Below, piece after piece: positions 41,553 through 50,900 of a stretch of DNA of 64,000 nt (within the stretch, counting starts at the first letter, position 1; the number at the start of each line of letters is the position of its first letter). The stretch is from NCBI GenBank assembly GCA_965246715.1, contig CBDFFH010000021.1:142558-206557 (forward strand), written 5' to 3'. Under the pieces are notes generated by a model, which saw only the letters and a list, made by a program, of their open reading frames with translations, searched no databases and was not told the origin of the DNA. A program made the translations under genes and the position numbers. This stretch comes from Chamaesiphon sp. (GTDB lineage: Bacteria > Cyanobacteriota > Cyanobacteriia > Cyanobacteriales > Chamaesiphonaceae).

Positions 41553-43274
41553 GTGTTGTATCTAGCAGAAGTCCAAAAACCAAAATCTGGGTTTAATATT
41601 AGCGGTAGAAGTAAAGCTGAACTCAAACTATTAGCTTGTCAGCGTACCGAACAAAATTGGAGTGCGATTCCTGGGGAAGAGCTAGTTGTGGCACCCGATG
41701 ATACCAATAACTACAATCCTGGCGTACTCGTATTGATCGAGATGAATGCCAATCGGCAGATTCAGTCGCAAGTGCGAGATGCTGGCAAACATTTGGTGGG
41801 TATTTTGCAAAGTCTGTCCCGGCAAATCGAAAAATATAAAAAAGAATCCGACGAAATCGAAAGTTGGCGGCAATCGCTCGGTTTACAAAGCCAGCAGTTA
41901 CAACTCCGGCAAGAAGAAATCTACGGGCGGGAAGAAGATCTCGAACACACGCGCGCAGAACTCGATCGGTTGACCCAAGAAGCCCAAGCACTCGAATCGA
42001 CACTCGAACAACACGAACAGTCGCGCAAAGAATTAGCCGAACGCTGGGAACGGTTGCGGGAACAAGAGGAACGGATCGAGCGGCAACAACAATCGATGGG
42101 TACGAGCTTGAGCGAACAGCAAGTTGCGGAAATTCGCACGGCATTATCGCAATTGGGTGGTACCAATAGTAGTTTAAATCCCCAACAATTAGAAACTACA
42201 GCTACCGCAATCGAGTTACAACAAGATCTCCTCAACGGATACTGGCAGCAATACAATCACTGTCAACAAAGTTTAGTTGAAACCCAAGCCCAACTCGATC
42301 GTCAACAACATGAAATCGAACAACGCAGACAGCAACTTCAAGAATTGCAAACTTCGCTCGAAAAAACTCAAACCGACTGGGAAGTTCAACAGCAACTTTT
42401 AAGCAAACAGCAAGAATATCTGCAACGGTTGACCGTTCGGATCGATCTCGAGCAAGAAAACTATCAGAAAATTTATCTGATGTCTAAAGGTGCTGGTGGC
42501 GAAATCGGTGATGACCTAAAAATCGACCTCGAACAGTTGGAAGCAATGCCGATTGGCGAACTGCAATCGACTGTTGAAAGTCTGGAAAAAGAAGTCGCTC
42601 GATCGGTCGAATTCGTTCATTTAGAAGAAGAAGAACTGCAAGAAAAGCAAGCAGCGATCGATGAACTCACCCAAGCTATTTCACAGGCAAATGAGTTCGA
42701 CAAGCTCAAATTAGAAGCCGATCTCGCGGAGGAACAAGATGGGTATAATATGCTCGACCATACCTTAGATGGTCAACGCCAAACAATGAAGGAACGTCAA
42801 ATGTTCCTCCAAATTCACAATCGGGTATTGCGCCAACGTCAAGGACATCCCCCCGCAGGCGCAGATGCCGCTCAAATTGATTGGGAATCGATCCTAAATC
42901 TGTTGGAACACCAACGCCAACAGCAACAGTCTGAATTCACTCAAGTCGAATCCGAAATTCACCAGCTCAGAACTACGCTCGAACAAGCAAAGGCAAGAGT
43001 CGAGCAACAAGTCAATACTTATCTATCTGAATCTCAATCAGTCCAACAACTCGAAGTCCAATATCAAGCAACCAAAGAATTGGTGACAGAGCTAAACACT
43101 AAAATTAACTTGTATCAGGAGACAATTCAGCCATTACAACAGCAGATCGATGCCTTCAAACAGCAGTTGGGCGATTTAGCTGATGCCGCCGAGCACCAGC
43201 CTGAAAATCACCATGCGATGCAACAAATCGAATCACTATTGAATAATCTCGTTCATGGTACGCCGATGGGATAG
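41553..43274 (+). CDS. hmpF: Pilus motility/taxis coiled-coil protein HmpF
   Basis: MLYLAEVQK...LKLLACQR..WS N-terminus, EIE.W.QSL, long coiled coil; divergent from hmpBCDE. Confidence 0.88.
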   Translation: MLYLAEVQKPKSGFNISGRSKAELKLLACQRTEQNWSAIPGEELVVAPDDTNNYNPGVLVLIEMNANRQIQSQVRDAGKHLVGILQSLSRQIEKYKKESDEIESWRQSLGLQSQQLQLRQEEIYGREEDLEHTRAELDRLTQEAQALESTLEQHEQSRKELAERWERLREQEERIERQQQSMGTSLSEQQVAEIRTALSQLGGTNSSLNPQQLETTATAIELQQDLLNGYWQQYNHCQQSLVETQAQLDRQQHEIEQRRQQLQELQTSLEKTQTDWEVQQQLLSKQQEYLQRLTVRIDLEQENYQKIYLMSKGAGGEIGDDLKIDLEQLEAMPIGELQSTVESLEKEVARSVEFVHLEEEELQEKQAAIDELTQAISQANEFDKLKLEADLAEEQDGYNMLDHTLDGQRQTMKERQMFLQIHNRVLRQRQGHPPAGADAAQIDWESILNLLEHQRQQQQSEFTQVESEIHQLRTTLEQAKARVEQQVNTYLSESQSVQQLEVQYQATKELVTELNTKINLYQETIQPLQQQIDAFKQQLGDLADAAEHQPENHHAMQQIESLLNNLVHGTPMG

Positions 43275-43454
43275 TTGAGAGTTAGGCTTTAGCTGTATAG
43301 TCCGTTCGATTAATGGTGAAAATTCGTCATTGGATCGTTCGCATATCGTATCGGAGGTAATCGGATCGAGCAATTTAAATTCTTTGTGCTATGGATTCAA
43401 TTGGTCTTTAGGCAATGACTCGATCGGATTAGCTAATCGATCGTCATAAGTACT

Positions 43455-44030
43455 ATGCCAGAATACCGCCGCGCTCATATCCCTGGAAGTACTGTATTTC
43501 TCACCCTCATTACTTACCAACGACATCAGTTATTTCTTACTCCTGTCAATATCGACAGGTTGAGACAGGCTTGCGCGATCGCAATGGCAGAGAAACCATT
43601 TACGATAGATGCTGCGGTTATCTTACCCGAACACGTTCATTTTTTGTGGACTCTACCGCCGGACGATCCAGATTATTCTTATCGAGTCGGACGGATGAAG
43701 GTGTTATTTACACGTGCGTTACGGGGTGCTAATAATTTACCGGAGGATGTATGTGAATCGCGCTGAAAACATCGGGAGAGTGATGTGTGGCAAAGGAGGT
43801 TTTATGAGCATACGATTCGGGATGAGGTGGATTTTCTCAAGCATTTAGATTATTTACATTTCAATCCCGTCAAGCATGGGTTGGTGAAATGTGTACATGA
43901 TTGGGAGTATTCGAGTTTTCATCGCGGGATACGTCGGGGTGAATACAATCGCGCGTGGGGTTGTCAATGCGGGGACAATATTTTCACTCCACAAGTAGCA
44001 AGTTTAATGAATTTAGAGATGGGTGAATAA
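43455..44030 (+). pseudogene. REP-associated tyrosine transposase (RAYT) with an in-frame nonsense codon
   Basis: MPEYRR, HUH motif PEHVH, WQRRFYEH, DYLHFNPVKHG; TGA at 43764-43766 with the frame continuing. Confidence 0.92.
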
Positions 44031-44043
44031 CATCAAATATCCC

Positions 44044-44313
44044 GTAGTGGGCATTGCCCACCAACACCATTTATGAATTAGTAATATAAAATTTGGATTT
44101 GTTATTATCGGTCGATTCGTGAAGAGATTGCGATCGAATCAAACAGTTTAATTTCGTAGGGTGGGCAGTACCCACAGCACCATCGTCGATTTAGTAATAT
44201 AAATATTGAGGTGTTTAATGTCGATCGATTAGTGAAGAGGTTACGAGCGAATCAAATAATTTAAACTCTTATTGCTTCGGCTTTGAATGGTCTGTGGGCA
44301 GTGCCCACCCTAC
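44044..44313. repeat. REP cluster: two tandem ~112-bp REP units and an inverted REP
   Basis: GTAG(GG)TGGGCA..RCCCAC at 44044 and 44156, reversed at 44294-44313; the two units share their tails. Confidence 0.9.
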
Positions 44314-44665
44314 GTTTCTCTACAGACCTTTTGCCGATGTTTGGATTAATAACAAACAAGGAGTATCTCCAGACTTTACTTTGAGAGGAATTTCTGGTGA
44401 GAGTAATATTCGCGGATTTGTTCGGCATACTGCATCTGAAAATAGAGTGCTCAGAACTAAAATAATAAAAGGAGTAGATAGAGCACAAGATCCAGATGCA
44501 AAAATTTTGGAAGAAATCCTAGCTAATACAAATACTCATGATAAAATTCACATTAACTTTTACACTGAACGACCTGTCTGTGAATCTTGTATAGATGTCA
44601 TTGCTAATTTCTTAGCAGCACGCCCAAATGCAACAGTTTCAACTTTTGGTGCAGTAATAAAATAA
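44314..44665 (+). CDS. Orphan polymorphic toxin tip, deaminase-like (BURPS668_1122/Toxin-deaminase-like), with no genuine start
   Basis: R..D.D.KILEE...YTERPVCESC..VI..F; followed by a SUKH immunity gene. Confidence 0.7.
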
Positions 44666-45161
44666 TTAGAATACAACTACTATATGAACAAGTATACTTC
44701 AATAGCTCAAGGATATAAAAAAAGATTTGAAAATATTCTAACTGGCAAATGGGCTTACAAGTTACAAGAAATACATGGTTTTTCTCAGGAAGAAATCAAT
44801 ACAATCGAGCTTAAGTATCATGCTTCTCTACCGCAAAGTTACAAAGTATTTTTATCTGAATTTGGAAATATCCCTAAATCTTTTCTACTTGATTTAGACA
44901 TGGGTGACGAACATCCACTAGAAATGACTGAATTTTTTTATGATGCAATAACAATTGCTGAAGGAAGATATATACCGCCGACAAATATACCTCGAAATAT
45001 GTTTGTTTTTGCTACATATCTTTATGAACACTTTTATTTTTTCTTTTTAGACGACCCTTCCGACGATCCTATGATATATTTAGCAAATACTTTTCAGGGT
45101 GAAGGTCAACCTTTCAAATTTGAAAAAATAGGAGAATCAGTCTGGGAATTTTTGGAAGAAG

Positions 45162-46649
45162 CAGGGTGAACGCACTTAAATTTCCTACTATTTAAAATCC
45201 TCGCAAATCAGTTGCAGATTTGAATTACGAAAAGTATGAAAGCTTTAATGGTAAACAAGTATAGCCAGTTAATTATGTTATATTTATTGGAAATTCAGAT
45301 CGCGTCAAATGAAGCTAAAGCCAAGGCATAGTATCGCAGAACACTTTGGTGACATAAAAGACATTAGAATTGAACGGGGGAAAAAACACAAACTAATCGA
45401 TATTATCACGATCTCGATTTGTGCAGTAGTATGTGGAGCAGATGGATGGGAAGACATAGAGCTGTATGGCATCACCAGAAAAAAATGGCTGGAGGAATTT
45501 CTAGAATTACCGAATGGGATACCATCTCACGATACATTTGCACGGGTATTTTCACAAATTAATCCTGAAGAATTCAATAAATCTTTCCTGCATTGGATTA
45601 AAGGAATAAGTAAAATAACAGCAGGAGAGATAATCGCATTTGATGGAAAACAATCTCGAAATTCAAGAGACGAAAAAAATGGTAAAGGAGTAATTAATAC
45701 GGTCAGTGCTTGGGCAGCAAGTAATAGATTAGTATTAGGACAAACAAAAGTCGAGAGTAAATCAAATGAAATTACTGCATTGCCTGAGTTGATTAATGCC
45801 TTAGATCTAGCTGGATGTATAGTGACAATTGATGCAATGGGATGTCAGCGAGAAATAGTCAAGAAAATTGTCAAAAAAGAAGCAGATTATGTAATTGCTG
45901 TCAAAAAGAATCAACCAAGTTTATATGAAAGGGTAGAACAGCTATTCAAACAGGCGATTAAAACTCGTGGTGAAAGTCTGAAAACGCATAGCTTCAGCAG
46001 TAGAGAGATGAATAGAGGTAGAGAGGAAACTCGTAATTACCTAATGATATCAGACATTGCAACATCAATAGATCCATTGCTAAAATGGCAAAATCTGACT
46101 AGTATTTGCATGGTAGAATCAGTTCGAGTTGTCAATGAAAAAACCAGCGTAGAAGCTCGTTATTTCATCAGTAGCTTAGAAGATAATGTTGAAAAACTAG
46201 CAGAAGCAATCAGAGGTCATTGGTCGATAGAAAATTCACTCCATTGGGTACTTGATGTTATTTTCAAAGAAGACATTAGTCGAATTAGAAAAGATAATGC
46301 TCCAGCTAATTTTGCTGTTTTAAGACATATAGCAGTTAATATAATGAGTCAGAACAAGAGTCGAAAACTAAGTGTTAGGAAGAAGCGATTTCTTGCGAGC
46401 CTTGATGAAGAATATTCGCGCGAACTTCTAGAGGCTATTTTAGCCTAAATTTAACTAACCCCAGAGTATGAATTTGGCTAAATATCTTTAGCCGCACTTT
46501 TGCCGGACTAAATTGAGTTAATTTAACCTCGTCTTTGGTTTCGATTTTATTGATATTGTCGTAATTGTAGTTAAGCAATCGAATATCATTAATCGCCTAT
46601 TTTAGTGGCTCTCGATCGAAATAAATCCTGTTTTGATGCGTTCACCCTG
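45162..46649 (+). mobile_element. ISAs1-family insertion sequence, copy 1 (1488 bp)
   Basis: Terminal inverted repeats CAGGGTGAACGCA; 10-bp target duplication TTGGAAGAAG. Confidence 0.96.
45309..46448 (+). CDS. ISAs1 family transposase
   Basis: GIPSHDTF, DGK, KSNEITA, DAMGCQ, HWSIENSLHWVLDV. Confidence 0.97.
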   Translation: MKLKPRHSIAEHFGDIKDIRIERGKKHKLIDIITISICAVVCGADGWEDIELYGITRKKWLEEFLELPNGIPSHDTFARVFSQINPEEFNKSFLHWIKGISKITAGEIIAFDGKQSRNSRDEKNGKGVINTVSAWAASNRLVLGQTKVESKSNEITALPELINALDLAGCIVTIDAMGCQREIVKKIVKKEADYVIAVKKNQPSLYERVEQLFKQAIKTRGESLKTHSFSSREMNRGREETRNYLMISDIATSIDPLLKWQNLTSICMVESVRVVNEKTSVEARYFISSLEDNVEKLAEAIRGHWSIENSLHWVLDVIFKEDISRIRKDNAPANFAVLRHIAVNIMSQNKSRKLSVRKKRFLASLDEEYSRELLEAILA

Positions 46650-46755
46650 TTGGAAGAAGGAATTGAAAAATATGAAATTGGTAAAAAAGAAGGTAGATAT
46701 TTTATTGATAATTGAATGAGAAATAGTGTGGGCAAATGTCAACGATAGTAAAGAT

Positions 46756-46960
46756 GTAGGGTGGGCATTGTCCACCACTTCAAATCGAGACGGAGTAACG
46801 ACTTTGGCTTGTTCTGTCGCTCGAAAATTTGAAATACTCGGTCGCTGTTGATTCGATCGATCGAATATGAATGATGTTCGATCGCTTAGGTATTTTCTAA
46901 TTGCGATCGGAGGGATTGTAATTGTTCGATAGATAGAGTGTTTGCTATCAATCGTGATTT
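46756..46960 (+). repeat. REP plus conserved ~200-bp spacer, copy A
   Basis: Highly similar to 53812-54145 and 60654-60870. Confidence 0.9.
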
Positions 46961-47024
46961 GGGAGACTCGATCGTGGTTATCGATTGCGTGGATATTCGA
47001 TCGGAGTTATTTCAAAGCGAGCGG

Positions 47025-47855
47025 TTAATTATCTTGTAACTGCGATCGCAGAGCTTGTAATTGCTCGATGTTTAATTCAGTCAGCTCAGCAATTGTTTCT
47101 AGAGGCATATTTTTACGCAGCATTCTCAAGGCAATCTCTTTTCGATCCTCCTGCTTGGCAGCTTGGATTTGTTCCAAATACAAAGGTGATAACTGCATAA
47201 TTAAATCCCGATCCTCCGGTTGAATATTTTCTTGACTCTCTAACGTCACCTTCAAGTTACTCAGTAACTCTAGCGTATTCTGACGATAAGGATGTCCCTG
47301 GGGCAGTTCAGTTACTTCCTCGATCGCTCGCCTTTGCACCCCATCCCTACCTAATATTCTAAACCACCTTGTTTCTGGTGTCCTTGGTAAACGATGAATC
47401 ACAATAATCCCTGTCTTCTGTGCCGATGGGAGCAAATACACACCCTCACCGCGTTCGGCATCTAAATTAGCCCCCAGACTCATTAAAATATTATCCGATA
47501 GAGTTGGAGTCAGAATCCACAGCATGGGTAAATCATCATCCTTGGGTTCTGGTTGCTTCTTGCGCTTTGCCTCACGATAGAGCTTGGCATGTAAATCGTA
47601 GAGCTTAGACATACAAGCACGAATATCGGGCACAGACACCGAATTCCGAAATGGCTCGAAGACAACTAGCGAAATGACACATCGAGCTAGCAAACCTAAA
47701 TCTGTGCGGTCGAGATTGTTACTCGACGGGATGAAATAGACATCAATTTCCCTAACTTCAGCAGCAATTTTATAAGCTGGCTCGACCTTACCAAAAGGTG
47801 AAAGCAAGGCTTCTAAAAAACCCTTGGTAAATTCATCATAAGGGAAGATCGTCAT
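47025..47855 (-). CDS. Cyanobacterial Rpn-like hypothetical protein (PD-(D/E)XK-like)
   Basis: D.F.K..LE.LL, REIDVYF, FEPFRN, LWILTPT, ETRW.RILGR; C-terminal IAL.ML...LETIA.LT.L HTH-like tail. Confidence 0.7.
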   Translation of the reverse strand: MTIFPYDEFTKGFLEALLSPFGKVEPAYKIAAEVREIDVYFIPSSNNLDRTDLGLLARCVISLVVFEPFRNSVSVPDIRACMSKLYDLHAKLYREAKRKKQPEPKDDDLPMLWILTPTLSDNILMSLGANLDAERGEGVYLLPSAQKTGIIVIHRLPRTPETRWFRILGRDGVQRRAIEEVTELPQGHPYRQNTLELLSNLKVTLESQENIQPEDRDLIMQLSPLYLEQIQAAKQEDRKEIALRMLRKNMPLETIAELTELNIEQLQALRSQLQDN

Positions 47856-47979
47856 GTACAGCAATCCCAAAATATTCTAACAGTATTGCATATTCGTCAG
47901 CAATTATCCTCGATCGTACAATAACTCTTAACCCATTCGTGACAAGTTAAAAAGCCGCTCATCTATATTACCCGACACA

Positions 47980-50900
47980 AAGATCGATCGCATCACCAAA
48001 CAAACTACAGCCGATGGCGGTACGACTGAATATAAATATAACGATATTCGAGACTTAGAATCAGTTACTGTCAAATCGAGCGGCGATCCAGTCGGACGGA
48101 TCGTTGGCTACAAATATTATGCCGATCGACAAATCAAAGATGTTGTCACCGAGGTATTATTAATTGGCTCCAATATCTCTTCATTAACTACACCTTTATC
48201 AACAACCACTCACTACGAATACAGTCCACCAACTCCCGCACCGACAGCACCCAACCCGACACCAACAATTACCACCACCGTTACAGGTGGCGGACAAACG
48301 CGAGTAACGATCGATAAATATGACAGATATCAACGCTTGCTCGAATCGACAAATCCCATCGGTGTAAGAACTACCAATAAATACTTTGAAGACGGCCAAA
48401 TTAAATCGAGTAGCGTTCGAGGTTTCGATAGCTCCAATACATTAGTAACCTACGAAACCAAATCCAAATATGATGAATTGGGTCGGAAAAATCAAGTCAT
48501 CGATGCGCTCGGTCATAGTACCCTCATGGACTACGACCTAGTTGGTAATGTCATGTCGATGACCGATGCTAACGGTCATATTACTAGCAATATCTACGAT
48601 AATTTAAATCGTAAAACTCAGACAACAACCTCAGTTACTACTTACGATCTTGCCACCGATACACCGATTGTTAGCAACCTCACCACCAGATATACATACG
48701 ATAAAAATAGCAATGTTATCTCAATTGAAGATCCACTCGGTCGCATTACTGAGAATACGTATGACGCACTAAATCGCCAGACTAAAACGATTAGCAATGC
48801 TCTGGGGAGTGGTAATGAAATTGCTACAACCAAATATAGTTACGATGGTGTCGGCAACCTCATCACCACGATTGATGCCAATAATCACCCGACATATTAT
48901 GAATACGATGCAGTAAATCGGCAGAACAAAGTCACCGATGCACTCGGTAAAGTCACCAGTCAAAAAACTTATGATGCTTTCGGACGGGTGATTAGTAGCA
49001 CCAATACTTATGGCGAAACTACCACTACTACATACAACGATCAGTACCACACTTCAACCACTACCAACTCCCTCGGTACCAGCACTCAACAGACCGACGC
49101 TTATGGAAATATCTTCTCGACTACCGATGCGTTGGGACGGACGAATACTTATCTCTATGACTCGTTAAATCGGCGCATCCAATCGACAGATTATCGGGGT
49201 GGTGTAGTTATCGATGCTTATGATAGTTTTAATAATCTTGCCTTACACCGCGATGCTAGTCTCAATCTCATTGAATATAAATACGACGCACTCAATCGCC
49301 GTACTAATATCAAAGACAGCATCGGACAAATCTCGCGAATTGTCTACGATAACGTTGGCAATAAGATCGATGAATATCTGACTGTCGATACCGGAGTCGA
49401 ACGCCACAACGAATATAAATCCGATCGATTAAACCGTCAATACGCGATGACAACCGCCGTCGGTACCCTCGCCGCCGCCACCATGCGGACGAGTTACGAC
49501 AAGGTAGGCAATGTCATCGGGACTAAGGATGCACTGGGACGGATTACCAAATCCATCTATGACAACCTCAACCGTCAAACCGATATCACTCAAGCCTTCG
49601 GTACCACCGACGCAACCACAACACATTACACCTACGATAAAGTCGGCAATCGTCTTTCGGAAACCAACGGACGCGGCTATAAAACTGCATACACATACGA
49701 CGCACTCAATCGACAGATCGAGAGCCGCGATCCTTACCAGATTAGCGATCCGATTAACGATCCACCAACTAAAATTGAGTACTTCGATAAGACTGCTACC
49801 GTTAGCACCGTCTTATCAGAATTAGCTGGGTTCATCACTCCAGCCGTCGGTGCGATGACCACTAAGGTCATCAAAACCACTGATGCTTTAAATCATACTA
49901 CCTACACACTCTACGACAGGTTCGAGCGTCAAATTGCTACCTATGACGCGACAAAACATCAAACTTCTGCTACTGAATATGACTCTGTAGACCGTGTAAT
50001 TGCCGCGACTGATACTTTCGGTAAAATTACCACGACTAGCTACGCTACGGACAATCTTCATCAAACTACGACCTCACCTACGGGTGTCATCCTGCTGGAG
50101 ACTTTCGACACAGCAGGTAGGACTACCACGGAGAACGAGCAGGTTGGTGGTGTCATTCGCGCTACCCATTACGACTACGATAAACGCAACCGTCAGACTA
50201 AAATCACCGATGCTGAAGGTGGAGTAACCAGGTATGAATATTACCTCGATAACCAGACTAAATCTGTTACCGATGCTGCTGCCATGCCGAATATTACCAG
50301 TTATATCTATGACATTGCTGGCAGATTAATCCAAGAGAACTCCCCATTAGGCAGTCGTTATTACCAGTACGATCTGGTTAACAATCGGACACAAGGTACA
50401 GACCGGATCGGACGAATTACCCGCTATGATTACGACAACCTCAACCGTGTCAAATCCGAAACTTGGGTCGGTGGTAATCAACAATTTACCTATATCTACG
50501 ACGAAAATAGTAACTTACGCAGTGCTGACGATGGCAATATCAAATACACATATAGTTACGACCAAACTGACTTAGTAGAACGAGTAAACCGCATCCAAAC
50601 TGGCAAACCAACTGTCAGTTTCGAGTATAAATATGATAACGTTGGCAATCTCACTACTGCTGAAGAATTTATTGCCAATAATCCCACAGCTACGACGATT
50701 TACACATATAATTCACGCAATCTCAATACCGAGATCGTGCAGACGGGGACGGGATTAGTTAATAAAGATGTCAAATTTACTTACGACGCAGCGGGTTTAA
50801 ATACCAAAGTGGAGCGGTATGTAGATGGATTATTAAAACTCACCACTACTAATGCTTACGACACTCATGGACGATTGACAGGGATTAAGCAAGAGAATAT

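Larger units (their letters stand above)
44684..46715 (+). pseudogene. SMI1/KNR4 (SUKH) immunity protein, interrupted near its C-terminus by ISAs1
   Basis: SQEEI..IE......LPQSYK.FL..FG; the tail GIEKYEIGKKEGRYFIDN* resumes after the IS and ends at 46715. Confidence 0.85.

Noticed and set aside
43764..43766. TGA in RAYT as selenocysteine or programmed readthrough
   Set aside because: Context S-R-*-K-H-R is most simply CGA to TGA; no Cys is expected and no SECIS is evident
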